A stretch of DNA of 64,000 nucleotides from Candidatus Cloacimonadales bacterium. Lineage in GTDB: Bacteria > Cloacimonadota > Cloacimonadia > Cloacimonadales > JAIOQZ01. Positions 1 to 9,868 of this stretch are shown here, in pieces (within the stretch, counting starts at the first letter, position 1; every line of letters starts with the position of its first letter). Under the pieces are notes generated by a model. That model searched no databases. It had not been told where the DNA came from and saw only the letters and a program-made list of their open reading frames with translations. Location: assembly GCA_963665815.1 (NCBI GenBank), contig OY762463.1:2656001-2720000 (forward strand), read 5' to 3'. The translations under genes were made by a program, and so were the position numbers.

Positions 1-70
1 TTTTTGAAATATATAGATTATCTTTAAATCTAAAAATCTTTGTTCTGTTCATTACAACTGGAGGTTCCTG

Positions 71-1111
71 ATGAAATATGAATTTCTTACTGAGAGTGCT
101 ATTAATCTTCTCGATACTATATTTGACGGTGTTTATATAGTTGATAATGATAGAAGAATTCTTTTCTGGAATAAAGCTGCTGAAAAGCTGACAGGTTTTA
201 CAAAAGATGATGTAATCGGAAAGCACTGTAGAGATGATGTATTAAATCATATTGATGAAAACGGTAACCTTCTCTGTAAGGGTAAATGTCCTATTCTAAA
301 AGTATTCAAATCCGGTGAATCCAGATCAGAAAAAGTATATCCTCTAAGTAAAACTGGTAGAAGATTTCCAGTTCAGACAAATATTTCTGCAATAGAAGAC
401 TCAAAGGGAGAGATAGTTGCTGCAATTGAAGTGTTCAGGGATATATCCATTGTTGAGGATCACAGAATTCTACAGGAGAAATTCCAGAATCTCATTAAGA
501 AATACGTCTCAACTGCCACTCTCCGGGAAGTTGAAACCCTTATCTCAAGTAATATAACGACAAACGTAAAACAGAGGGATCTAAGTATTCTGTATCTTGA
601 TGTCGTCGGATTTACAACATTTACGGAGAAGAACTCCTCGGAAGATGCTGTACATATGCTAAATGATCTTTTTGGAGTATGTGACGTTATTACCCGTGAA
701 TCGCTGGGAGATATAGATAAATTCGTTGGGGATGCTCTTATGGCGACATTTGTTGATGCTAACGATGCTGTAAAAGCTGCAGATAAAATTCTGAATCAGG
801 CATTACCGGAGCTTAATCGACAAAGAAATGAGAATGGTAAAGATGTCATTAATATAAGAGTTGGTATTAACAGTGGAATTGTTCTACAGGGAAATATCGG
901 TACGAAAGATAGAAGCGATCTGACCGTTATTGGAGATGTGGTTAATACAGCTGCCCGAATCGAACATGCTGCTGAACCGGATAACCTGTTTATATCAGAA
1001 TCAACTGCAGCGAGACTCGAAGAAACAGTTCTTTCTAAGTTTGAGCCGGCTGGTACGATAAAACTGAAAGGGAAATCAGAGATAATCAAGGTTTTCAGAC
1101 TGGTTAAATAA
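71..1111 (+). CDS. PAS-domain class III adenylate/guanylate cyclase
   Basis: N-terminal PAS (DGVYIVD...WNKAAEKLTGF...VIGK). Cyclase motifs ILYLDVVGFT, DKFVGDALM and TVIGDVVNTAAR. GGAGG RBS upstream. Confidence 0.9.
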   Translation: MKYEFLTESAINLLDTIFDGVYIVDNDRRILFWNKAAEKLTGFTKDDVIGKHCRDDVLNHIDENGNLLCKGKCPILKVFKSGESRSEKVYPLSKTGRRFPVQTNISAIEDSKGEIVAAIEVFRDISIVEDHRILQEKFQNLIKKYVSTATLREVETLISSNITTNVKQRDLSILYLDVVGFTTFTEKNSSEDAVHMLNDLFGVCDVITRESLGDIDKFVGDALMATFVDANDAVKAADKILNQALPELNRQRNENGKDVINIRVGINSGIVLQGNIGTKDRSDLTVIGDVVNTAARIEHAAEPDNLFISESTAARLEETVLSKFEPAGTIKLKGKSEIIKVFRLVK

Positions 1112-1219
1112 TTGTAAACATATAGACGTTTCAAAGAATCTAATCTAATATTCCATGATTATGTTTTAAGTATAATCGAACTACTTCCATCTCTGCTTTT
1201 ATGTGTTCAAATTAATTTA

Positions 1220-1257
1220 CTTGACATAATACTGTCAAGATGACACTTTGCTGTCAA
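1220..1257. promoter_or_regulatory. Tandem palindromic operator TGACA-N6-TGTCA (two copies), probable MarR-family binding sites
   Basis: CTTGACA-taatac-TGTCAAG (1220-1239) and TGACA-ctttgc-TGTCA (1241-1256) overlap a TTGACA -35 upstream of the DJ-1/MarR operon. Confidence 0.7.
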
Positions 1258-1291
1258 AAATAAAATCTTTGAAAAAAGTGGAGAATACAGA

Positions 1292-1942
1292 ATGAAATTA
1301 GAGAATCAGAATGAATTAAGAGATGTTTACTTGTTTGTAATTGATACAATGGCAGATTGGGAACCGGCATTTGCTATTGCCCATATTAACAGACCAGCAC
1401 CGGGAATAAAATCTGGGTACAATGTAAAAACTGTTGGGATAGATCTAAAACCGATTCGATCAATGGGAGGTTTAACAATTCAGCCTGACATGTCATTAGA
1501 TGAGTTGAATCCAGAGAAAAGTTCAATGTTGATATTACCCGGATCAGAGCTATGGGCTGATGCTGTTACTGATTCTGCACTCGCAAAAGCACAGGAGTTT
1601 GCTGATGCAGGAGTTCCCGTTGCGGCAATCTGCGGAGCAACTTTCGGTTTAGCAAGAACAGGTCTTTTAGACGAGCGACGACACACAAGCAATGATCCAA
1701 ATTGGCTCGCCGCCAGCGGATATCAAGGGATAACAAATTATGTTCATGAACCTGCCGTTGAAGATGGTGGTATTATTACTGCTTCTGTAACTGCTTCTCT
1801 CGAATTTGCAAAACTTATCCTTGGTAGACTTGGCGTCTTTTCACCCAAAACACTTGAAGCCTGGTTTAACTTATACAAAACAGGAAGACCTGAATACTAT
1901 TTTGAGTTTATGGAGGCATTAAATCATGAAAGAAGGAAATAA
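1292..1942 (+). CDS. DJ-1/PfpI family protein (YdeA/YoaZ-like)
   Basis: ADWE, LILPG and nucleophile elbow VAAICGAT motifs. Confidence 0.88.
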   Translation: MKLENQNELRDVYLFVIDTMADWEPAFAIAHINRPAPGIKSGYNVKTVGIDLKPIRSMGGLTIQPDMSLDELNPEKSSMLILPGSELWADAVTDSALAKAQEFADAGVPVAAICGATFGLARTGLLDERRHTSNDPNWLAASGYQGITNYVHEPAVEDGGIITASVTASLEFAKLILGRLGVFSPKTLEAWFNLYKTGRPEYYFEFMEALNHERRK

Positions 1943-2396
1943 GTCATCAATTGATTTGGTAAACGGAATAGTACTGAACGTTTTTAAGTTGAACGGATAT
2001 TTTATAAAAGCTGCAGACTCCATCACGAGAGAGAGTGAGTTAACATCTGCACGCTGGCAAGTTCTTGGCATGGTACTGCATGAACAATTTACAGTCGCAG
2101 CGATTTCGAGAAGTATGGGATTAGCACGTCAAAGCGTCCAAAGAATTGCAGATATCCTTGTATCAGAGGGTCTTGCAGAGTATCTGCCTAATCCTGCCCA
2201 TAAACGGGCGAAACTATTGTCTTGCACAGAAAAAGGAATTTACTCTATAAAAAAAATACGCCCAAAAGCTATTTCCTGGGCTGAACAGGTTAATGAGCTG
2301 ATTGGAGAAGATGAACTCAAAGAAGTCGATAAGGTAACAAGTAATCTTCTTTCAAAGCTGATTACCGCTGAAGATGAGCTTATTAAGAAGTTCTGA
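1926..2396 (+). CDS. MarR family transcriptional regulator
   Basis: LTSARWQVL...ARQSVQR...NPAHKRAKL winged HTH. Overlaps the DJ-1 gene. Confidence 0.9.
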   Translation: MKEGNKSSIDLVNGIVLNVFKLNGYFIKAADSITRESELTSARWQVLGMVLHEQFTVAAISRSMGLARQSVQRIADILVSEGLAEYLPNPAHKRAKLLSCTEKGIYSIKKIRPKAISWAEQVNELIGEDELKEVDKVTSNLLSKLITAEDELIKKF

Positions 2397-2428
2397 TTCA
2401 TTGGATAAAAGAGTAATGTAAAACAGTT

Positions 2429-3175
2429 TTAGTATTTCTCAGTCTGTTGTAATTCTCCGCTCTTTACACAATTACCATGAACTGCAATGTACTTCAATGT
2501 ACTGCATTCGTTTGTGTTAACTCTGAATTTGCCTGACTTCTGAAACCTGTACCTGTTCCGAGAGGTTAATGGTATTATTTTTTCTGACTCATCCAGGATA
2601 AATATATTGGATTCTGGCCAGAGAAATTGGTCGGAATGATTCATAAAGCTCGTGTAATTTTTATCATCTGATACCAGCTTAATATTAAGTTTAAACTCAT
2701 TCTGACAGTTGATTTCCTGATTTATTATTTTCTGTTCCCATTTCTCAATTACTACAGGCAATGATATACCAAAAAACTTCTTGAAGTAATCTTTTATATC
2801 AATAATGTCTTTATTCTCCAATACTGTTCTGATTCTACCTATACTGCCGAATCTGAATGGGAAGTACTTTGATTTTACTGAATTGATAATCTTATCAGCT
2901 TTTTTCCCATTATCATGTCTGATATGTGCAAACACAATTCTCAGCGTAATAAAGACAATATATTGCTCAGACAGGTTTTCCTTCTTCAGGAACTCTTTAT
3001 ATTTTCCAATCTGAAACTCAGACATTATAGAAAATCTGTCAGTTAATGGAAATCCAAATTCCTGATGTACTGACTCCCAAATATCCTTATTTTCTTTCAG
3101 TAGATTATCAATAATATCATAGTTTTTGTTGATATCAATTGCTAAGGATTTGATTTTTTCAAGTGGATTACTCAC
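2429..3175 (-). CDS. Hypothetical protein
   Basis: 248 aa ORF with GGAGG RBS and GTG start; no confident motif. Confidence 0.6.
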   Translation of the reverse strand: MSNPLEKIKSLAIDINKNYDIIDNLLKENKDIWESVHQEFGFPLTDRFSIMSEFQIGKYKEFLKKENLSEQYIVFITLRIVFAHIRHDNGKKADKIINSVKSKYFPFRFGSIGRIRTVLENKDIIDIKDYFKKFFGISLPVVIEKWEQKIINQEINCQNEFKLNIKLVSDDKNYTSFMNHSDQFLWPESNIFILDESEKIIPLTSRNRYRFQKSGKFRVNTNECSTLKYIAVHGNCVKSGELQQTEKY

Positions 3176-3335
3176 CTGTCCTCCATAAGTATTTTTACAT
3201 AAATGTAATTGAGTTGTAACATAGGAAGTGTCAAGGGAATAATGTACTCACTCCTCCTCTCAATTCTTTCCATTGACTTCTAAACACAATTCTGTATTTT
3301 GTAATGCAAAACAGATTAAATATGGATTTATTATT

Positions 3336-4442
3336 ATGACAGAAGATATTAAACGCCCGGAATGGGTTCCTGAGAACGCCTGTAAAGAATACACCACCTC
3401 CGTTATGAAAGGTGTTAATGATGTTTCGAACAAAACGAATATAGAATCTAAAGTGCGACGCAGAAAGCTCTCACTTGAGGAATACATCGAAGGTGTAAAA
3501 GCTAACGACAGAACTGTTCTTGCCAGAGCAATAACCCTTATAGAAAGCAATTCAATGAAACATATTGCTCAGGGACAGGATCTGCTGAAAGCAATATCAG
3601 GTCATAATAACAAGACTGTCAGAATAGGGATTACCGGTGTGCCCGGAGCAGGTAAAAGCTCGCTGATCGAAGTAATTGGCAATTTTCTGATCGACCAGGG
3701 ATTCAAAGTGGCGGTGCTGGCTGTAGATCCTTCCAGCTCCATCACAAAAGGCTCTGTTCTCGGAGATAAAACAAGAATGGAAACTCTGGCACGAAATGAT
3801 AACTGCTTTATAAGACCATCCCCGTCCGGTGGAACTCTGGGTGGTGTTACCAGAAAAACAAGAGACACAATTCAGCTCTGCGAAGCGGCCGGCTACGATG
3901 TAATTCTGGTGGAAACCGTGGGAGTTGGACAGAACGAGGTTACTGTCAGATCAATGGTAGACTTCTTCCTGTTGATTAAAATTGCAGGTGCAGGTGACGA
4001 ACTGCAGGGAATCAAGAAGGGAGTTATAGAGCTTGCCGATGCTATCGCTGTTAACAAAGCTGACGGTGATAATATTACTGCTGCAAACATTGCGAGAGAA
4101 GAGTTCAAAAGAGCTTTGCACTATTTGACATCTCCAACAGAAAGCTGGACACCTCAGGTGTTGACGTGTTCTGCTGTTGAACAGACAGGAATCCGGGAAA
4201 TCTGGGACATGATAACAGAGTTCATCAGTACAACAGAGAAATCAGGTGTGTTTGAATACAGAAGAGATCAGCAGCGAAAAGAGTCTATTCATGAAACGAT
4301 AAAGGATCACTTACTGCAATTGTTTTACAATGCTCCTGAGATTAAGAAAATTCTGCCGGAACTGGAAGACAAAGTTGTATCAAAAGAGATTCCGGTAACA
4401 AAAGCGGTTCAAATTCTGCACGAGACTTATTTTAACAAATAG
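3336..4442 (+). CDS. meaB: Methylmalonyl-CoA mutase-associated GTPase MeaB/ArgK
   Basis: GITGVPGAGKSS, AVDPSS, GDKTRM, ETVGVGQ, GDELQGIKKG and NKAD motifs. The ATG at 3336 is preferred over the TTG at 3273. Confidence 0.93.
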   Translation: MTEDIKRPEWVPENACKEYTTSVMKGVNDVSNKTNIESKVRRRKLSLEEYIEGVKANDRTVLARAITLIESNSMKHIAQGQDLLKAISGHNNKTVRIGITGVPGAGKSSLIEVIGNFLIDQGFKVAVLAVDPSSSITKGSVLGDKTRMETLARNDNCFIRPSPSGGTLGGVTRKTRDTIQLCEAAGYDVILVETVGVGQNEVTVRSMVDFFLLIKIAGAGDELQGIKKGVIELADAIAVNKADGDNITAANIAREEFKRALHYLTSPTESWTPQVLTCSAVEQTGIREIWDMITEFISTTEKSGVFEYRRDQQRKESIHETIKDHLLQLFYNAPEIKKILPELEDKVVSKEIPVTKAVQILHETYFNK

Positions 4443-4446
4443 AATT

Positions 4447-4812
4447 TTATTTTTTATTCAGGATTTTGTTAACGACGACTGAAAGATTGTCCTCATTAAC
4501 AGGTTTAATAATATAATGTTTTGCTCCGATTTTAATCAGGTCTATAATTTTACTTTTGTCCTGCTCGGAACTGATCATAATAATATTGGCATCCGGGAAT
4601 GACTTCATAAGTTTCTGCAGGGTTTCTTTACCATTCATTAAAGGCATTGCAACATCGAGAGTTATAATATCCGGTTGAGCATTTTCATATTCTATATACC
4701 CATGTAAACCGTCATTTGCTTCACCAACAACCTCATGTCCCATTTTTTCCAGAAGTGTCTTTAATGTTTTCAACATGATTTTGGAATCATCAACGATAAC
4801 GAATTTAGCCAT
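4447..4812 (-). CDS. Single-domain response regulator (CheY-like)
   Basis: IVDDS, phospho-acceptor TLDVAMP and KP motifs; 121 aa. Confidence 0.9.
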   Translation of the reverse strand: MAKFVIVDDSKIMLKTLKTLLEKMGHEVVGEANDGLHGYIEYENAQPDIITLDVAMPLMNGKETLQKLMKSFPDANIIMISSEQDKSKIIDLIKIGAKHYIIKPVNEDNLSVVVNKILNKK

Positions 4813-5138
4813 TCATCTATCCCCTGGAGATCTTTGTATTTATTTTTAACGATGACTTTTATATAATTTCAGCTTACAACAGTACAAAGATCACCCTTGC
4901 TTTTTTTCCAATAAGATAATAAATTTAAAAAAGAGTCAAAGAAAAAATGTAGAGAATTATATGTGTATCCGTGTTTTAACAAGCATTAATTCATATCAGG
5001 GTGAAATCACTTGAATTTACTCACAGTCTTGTTAACTCGATATCTCCCTGTTGACTCTGCCCAACCAGCCCTTGCGCATAGCTGAAAGCCTCCGCAATGG
5101 TGGCCTTGCAGAAAAAATACACTCTACAAATCACTTTT

Positions 5139-5163
5139 GAGACACAAAATATTGTGTTTCTAC
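5139..5163 (-). repeat. GTAG-type REP-like palindrome
   Basis: Minus strand reads GTAG-AAACACAA-TATT-TTGTGTCTC, i.e. a GTAG tetranucleotide plus an imperfect hairpin, in a 530 bp intergenic region. Confidence 0.45.
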
Positions 5164-5339
5164 AATGCTTTGCAATGATTTACTGATTTGAACCAAAGAA
5201 GAAACAGAAAAGAAATGTAATTTCAAGGCAGGGATTTGTCCGAAGTAGTTACAACGAAGATGTAGTGAACAATAATCATTGTTCCGTATTTTGAATCTCC
5301 AACTCCGGTTAGGGAGCTATAAAATTAAAACTACACCCA

Positions 5340-6452
5340 CTATCTGAAGCTGAAAAACTTGCTGATATGCAGGAAAAGATCCAAAAGAATCAGTTGAGGA
5401 TTTACATGACGTTTCAGTTTTGACTGCTCTGCCTGAAAATAGTTAAGCAATTCGTGAATTCTGGTATCCACATTATCATCATGCTCATAGAACAAGTCGA
5501 AAATCTCAGTTTTATCAATATTGGCAATCTCATCCGGATGGTTCTTATACATGGCAATATCACTGAAGAAAATCGAGAGATGCACAAGAAGATCCTTGAG
5601 GATATTGTTCAAAACGTTTCCACGACTCCGTTTAATCATATCAAGAAGCTCAATTTCATTCTGATTAACAATAATACTGAGGAAGTGGAACATAATCTGA
5701 CGTGCTTCGTCTGTATCTTCTTCCACCAGGTTAATCGCCTGTTCCAGATTTCCGTTTGCAATCTTGGCAATAGTTTTTGCTCTCAATACTGAGACATCAT
5801 GATTCTTAAAGAGAAACTTCTCCACGCTGTCGTTGGAAAGTTTATTAAAAGGTATTTTCTGACATCTCGAGAGTATTGTAGGGAGTAGTGAATGTTCCTG
5901 TGAAGTCGTCAGAATAATAATAGAGTCTCCGGGAGGCTCTTCCAGTGTTTTCAGGAATGCATTAGCCGTGGCAGTATTCATCTTATCAGCGTTTTCTACA
6001 ATATAGACCTTGTATGAGCTCTCGTTAGGAGTCATATTTATCCGGTGCTGCAGCATCCTGATCATATCAATACGGATTTCAGAATTACCTGAAAAAACAA
6101 ATTGTTTATGAGGAGTACGGATTTTGTTTTCGATATACCCCTGATATTCACTGAGGAATTTCTGGTTTTTGATCTCACCATCGAGCGAGATATTTATATT
6201 CGGGGTGGGAAAAATATAAAGAAAATCCGGGTGCGAAAAATTAAGGAACTTTCTGCAGGATGAACATACACCGCAGGGACGCGAAGATTGAGTGGTATGG
6301 CAGTTTAGAGCCATACCAAACAATAACGCAGTTTTAAATTTTCCAACACCTTCAGGACCGTAGAATAAGTATGAATTGGCAATCTTCCTCGATATAATAG
6401 AGGATTGCAGAATATTTATTGCTCTGTCCTGGTTGATAATCTGTCTGAACAT
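5340..6452 (-). CDS. holB: DNA polymerase III subunit delta'
   Basis: YLFYGPEGVGK, zinc motif C...PCGVCSSC, HPD, ANAFLKTLEEPP and LLPTILSRC. Confidence 0.93.
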   Translation of the reverse strand: MFRQIINQDRAINILQSSIISRKIANSYLFYGPEGVGKFKTALLFGMALNCHTTQSSRPCGVCSSCRKFLNFSHPDFLYIFPTPNINISLDGEIKNQKFLSEYQGYIENKIRTPHKQFVFSGNSEIRIDMIRMLQHRINMTPNESSYKVYIVENADKMNTATANAFLKTLEEPPGDSIIILTTSQEHSLLPTILSRCQKIPFNKLSNDSVEKFLFKNHDVSVLRAKTIAKIANGNLEQAINLVEEDTDEARQIMFHFLSIIVNQNEIELLDMIKRSRGNVLNNILKDLLVHLSIFFSDIAMYKNHPDEIANIDKTEIFDLFYEHDDNVDTRIHELLNYFQAEQSKLKRHVNPQLILLDLFLHISKFFSFR

Positions 6453-6455
6453 TTA

Positions 6456-7061
6456 TTAGATTATTTCCAGTCCCGGAGAACCGAAGTCCTGAGTTTTGAA
6501 TTTTTCTATAACATTGTTGATATAAACGCTTTCGAATTCAGTTGAAACAATATCCATGAAAACGGTATTATAGGTTTCTCCACCAAGAGTTTTTGAGTTT
6601 CTTCTGAAACCTATTTTTTTGAAACCGCACTTTTCAAAGCACTTGATAGCTCTTTCATTGTAGGAGTATACTTCAACCATAATATTTTTGAGATTAAGCA
6701 CATTGAAACTGTGATCAAGCAGAAGTTTCACAGCATCTGCTCCGTAGCCTCGACCCCAGAAGTTCTTATCTCCAATCATAACACCAAGTTCTGCAGTTCC
6801 ATTGACAGAATCAATGTTTGCAATACTACATGATCCTATAAGCTTATCTGTTTCCTGATCAATAATAGAAAAGGCAGGCTCGTAGGTCATAGACTTCTTT
6901 TCCAGAACATCGAATTCTTTTTCAACACTATATACGACTTCTGCCATATTCATATACTGCATTACTTCGAAGTCATTAAGCCATAAAGAATACTTTTCAG
7001 CATCTTTTGCACTGAGAGGTGATAAAAACACTTTTTCACCAATTAACCTTCTGTAGCTCAT
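6456..7061 (-). CDS. GNAT N-acetyltransferase, RimJ/RimL family
   Basis: FWGRGYG and NERAIKCFEKCGF motifs. Confidence 0.88.
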   Translation of the reverse strand: MSYRRLIGEKVFLSPLSAKDAEKYSLWLNDFEVMQYMNMAEVVYSVEKEFDVLEKKSMTYEPAFSIIDQETDKLIGSCSIANIDSVNGTAELGVMIGDKNFWGRGYGADAVKLLLDHSFNVLNLKNIMVEVYSYNERAIKCFEKCGFKKIGFRRNSKTLGGETYNTVFMDIVSTEFESVYINNVIEKFKTQDFGSPGLEII

Positions 7062-7082
7062 AATATCTCCTTTAAGCGTTTA

Positions 7083-8516
7083 TTACATATTTAAAGCGTT
7101 ACTAAATCTCTTTTTACATTCTTCAATACCCAGAATCTCGATAATAAGAGGAATATCAGGACCGTGTTCTTCTCCAATCAAAGCTGCTCGAACCGGCATG
7201 AAGAAATGTTTACCCTTGATCTTAAGATCTTTTGAAGCTCTTTTCAGCATGGATTTTGCTTCAGGTGCATCAATGGTTTCAAGTGCTTCCAGCTTTGTGA
7301 TCATATAAGAACATATTGTTTTTGTGTCTTCGTTTTTCATCAGCTCTGCTGCGGATTCCGTGAATACAGGGTCGCTATAGAACTTCTGGGCAAACTCAGG
7401 AGCTTCCTTAAGAGTATTGATATACTCTCTTGTACAAGATACTACATGTTCGAACTTAGTTGAATCGGAAATATCTACTCCAGCTTCTTTGAAGAAAGGT
7501 TTTGCCAGATCAACAATATGAGAAAGATCAAGCTTTCTGATATACAGTCCGTTCATCCAGTCCAGCTTGGTTTTATCGAAGACTGCACCGGCTTTATTAA
7601 CTCTCTCAAATGAGAATTCTTCAATCATTTTGTCGAGATCGAAAATTTCATCGTCAGTTTGCGGATGCCAACCAAGCAGGGCAACAAAGTTAACCAGAGC
7701 TTCTTTCAAGTAACCCTGCTGAACGAAAGCTTCTACAGAAAAATCACCGTGTCTTTTACTTAATTTGGACTTGTCTGTGTTCAGAATTAACGGCAGGTGA
7801 ACCCACTCAGGCTGATCCCAGCCAAGTGATTCATAAATGAATATATGTTTTGGTGTACTTGGAAGCCATTCTTCACCTCTGAGAACGTGAGATATTTCCA
7901 TTAAATGGTCGTCTACTATTGCTGCCAGGTGGTAAGTAGGGAATCCGTCGGATTTAATAATTACCTGATCATCAACCTGTGATGAATCAATCTGTACTTC
8001 TCCGCGAATTACATCATTGAATGTGAAAAGATCATCCTTAGGCATGTTAAGACGGATAACATATTCTTCACCGTTGGCAATTTTCTGCTGTACTTCTTCT
8101 TTAGTCAGCTTTTTACAAAAACCGTCGTACTGAATCGGGAGCTTTTTAGCAGCCTGTTCTTCACGGATCTGATCAAGTCTTTCCTTTGAGCAGAAGCAAT
8201 AATATGCTTTTCCTGATTCAACAAGCTGGTCTGCATATTTTCTGTATAATTCCAGTCTTTCTGACTGAATGTAAGGTCCATAGCCATTGTCTTTTTCAGG
8301 ACCTTCATTAAAATCGATTCCCATTGACTGAAGAGAGCTGATAAGGTTTTCTATAGCACCTTCAACGAATCTGTTTCTGTCAGTATCTTCAATCCTGAGA
8401 ATAAAATCACCTTTATGTTTTTTAGCATATACATAATCATACAGTGCTGTTCGGAGTCCGCCAAGATGAAGCAGACCGGTTGGGCTTGGAGCAAATCTTA
8501 CTCTTACTTTTTTCAT
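7083..8516 (-). CDS. gltX: Glutamate--tRNA ligase
   Basis: RFAPSPTGLLHLGG (HIGH), RIEDTD and KLSKR (KMSKS) motifs. The ATG at 8516 follows a GAGGTG RBS. Confidence 0.97.
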   Translation of the reverse strand: MKKVRVRFAPSPTGLLHLGGLRTALYDYVYAKKHKGDFILRIEDTDRNRFVEGAIENLISSLQSMGIDFNEGPEKDNGYGPYIQSERLELYRKYADQLVESGKAYYCFCSKERLDQIREEQAAKKLPIQYDGFCKKLTKEEVQQKIANGEEYVIRLNMPKDDLFTFNDVIRGEVQIDSSQVDDQVIIKSDGFPTYHLAAIVDDHLMEISHVLRGEEWLPSTPKHIFIYESLGWDQPEWVHLPLILNTDKSKLSKRHGDFSVEAFVQQGYLKEALVNFVALLGWHPQTDDEIFDLDKMIEEFSFERVNKAGAVFDKTKLDWMNGLYIRKLDLSHIVDLAKPFFKEAGVDISDSTKFEHVVSCTREYINTLKEAPEFAQKFYSDPVFTESAAELMKNEDTKTICSYMITKLEALETIDAPEAKSMLKRASKDLKIKGKHFFMPVRAALIGEEHGPDIPLIIEILGIEECKKRFSNALNM

Positions 8517-8540
8517 TCTGCACCTCAATTAGTTATTTTC

Positions 8541-8579
8541 TGTCATTTATTGTATGATTTTGTAATTGTCAATTACAAT
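8541..8579 (-). repeat. gltX promoter region (TTGACA at 8567-8572), duplicated at 9769-9807
   Basis: 35/39 identity with 9769-9807, counted by eye. Confidence 0.8.
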
Positions 8580-8716
8580 CTTTTAATGGTGGGGGTATGC
8601 AATAGGTGAGTTTAAGTAATTTGTTTGGATCTAAAGGCTATGAAATATAAGTCTTCTCATATAAAATTGTTATTTAGAGTTTTTCCATCATAGAAAAAAA
8701 ATATCATTTTCTGATA

Positions 8717-9724
8717 CTATTTATTCTTCAATTTTCCCTCAATTTTCTTTAACTCCAGCTCATCTAACTGATCATCCCTAATAGCTTCCTGCTTTTTTCT
8801 TCTGCAATCAAATAGCTCATATATCTCTCTAACCTTCTCTTTCATTTCGTCATTACTAATACTGCCATGTGTTTGCAAGAGAGGCTTATCGTTAAAATCA
8901 ATAATTCTATCTACGTTTTCTTTCCAGAAGCTGAGTTTTATCTCTTTTCTGTTTTTTGCCCGTAGTTCAGCTGTTTCGAGGAAAATTATAACAAGTCTGT
9001 TTAATGTATCAATTTCATCTTCGTTTAGATAGTTCTTTGCAATAAAAATATCTTGTTTACGCACAATTGAACCTTTCCATGAAGTCAATGCCATGTTCGG
9101 TTTGTCGCAGTCAGCTCTGGACATTATCAATTCAGCAGCAGTTTTTCCTGTAACTGCATACAATAATTTGTTTTGAGTTTCAGCAAAAAACATTTGTGTC
9201 GCTTTATCTGTTGAGTCATAGTCACTGCTCAGGCTGAACAAATCACGGATTTTCTGGTAGAATCTTTTCTCAGAAGCTCTTATATCCCTGATTCTTTCTA
9301 ATAGTTCATCAAAATAATCTGGTCTTCCATCGGGATTCTTCAATCTTTCATCATCCATAACAAAGCCTTTTATCATGAATTCCTTAAGATTTTGATTTGC
9401 CCAGATGCGGAATTGCGTTCCTCTTTTGCTTCTAACCCTGAAACCAATAGCAAGAATCATATCGAGAGAATAGAATGTGACATTATATTTTTTTCCATCT
9501 GAGGCAGTTGTTAAGTAATCCTTAACAACTGAAATACTTCCTAATTCATCTTCTTTCAGTATGTTAGATATATGCATGCTGATATTGGGCTTTGAGGTGG
9601 CAAAAAGTTCTGCTATCTGATTCTGGTTCATCCAGACGTTGCCGTCCCGAGCTAATAAAGTGACGGAGTTTCTACCATCTTCGGTTTTATAGATAATTAT
9701 CTCGGAGTTATTTATCTCATTCAT
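8717..9724 (-). CDS. Virulence RhuM family protein
   Basis: VWMNQNQIAELF, YSLDMILAIGFRVRSKRGTQFR, RIRDIRASEKRFYQK and QNKLLYAVTGKTAAE motifs. Probable start at 9724 (ORF track gives 9739). Confidence 0.9.
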   Translation of the reverse strand: MNEINNSEIIIYKTEDGRNSVTLLARDGNVWMNQNQIAELFATSKPNISMHISNILKEDELGSISVVKDYLTTASDGKKYNVTFYSLDMILAIGFRVRSKRGTQFRIWANQNLKEFMIKGFVMDDERLKNPDGRPDYFDELLERIRDIRASEKRFYQKIRDLFSLSSDYDSTDKATQMFFAETQNKLLYAVTGKTAAELIMSRADCDKPNMALTSWKGSIVRKQDIFIAKNYLNEDEIDTLNRLVIIFLETAELRAKNRKEIKLSFWKENVDRIIDFNDKPLLQTHGSISNDEMKEKVREIYELFDCRRKKQEAIRDDQLDELELKKIEGKLKNK

Positions 9725-9768
9725 TACTGTCCTCAGCATATTGTATTCATTGACTTCAAGTACTCTTT

Positions 9769-9807
9769 TGTCATTTGCTTTATGATTTTGAAATTGTCAA
9801 TTACAAT
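9769..9807 (-). repeat. Second copy of the gltX promoter sequence, upstream of rhuM
   Basis: TGTCATTTgcTtTATGATTTTGaAATTGTCAATTACAAT versus 8541-8579. Confidence 0.8.
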
Positions 9808-9868
9808 ATTCTAGTAGTAAGGATTCAGGAGTTACAACTCACTATTTTTTGTCTGATCAAAATATTTA

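Noticed and set aside
2429-3175. RxxxxH (RIVFAH) as a HEPN nuclease motif
   Set aside because: A six-residue pattern arises easily by chance and it lacks the usual polar residue after Arg. There is no defence context, and the region could equally be a peptidase-like remnant.
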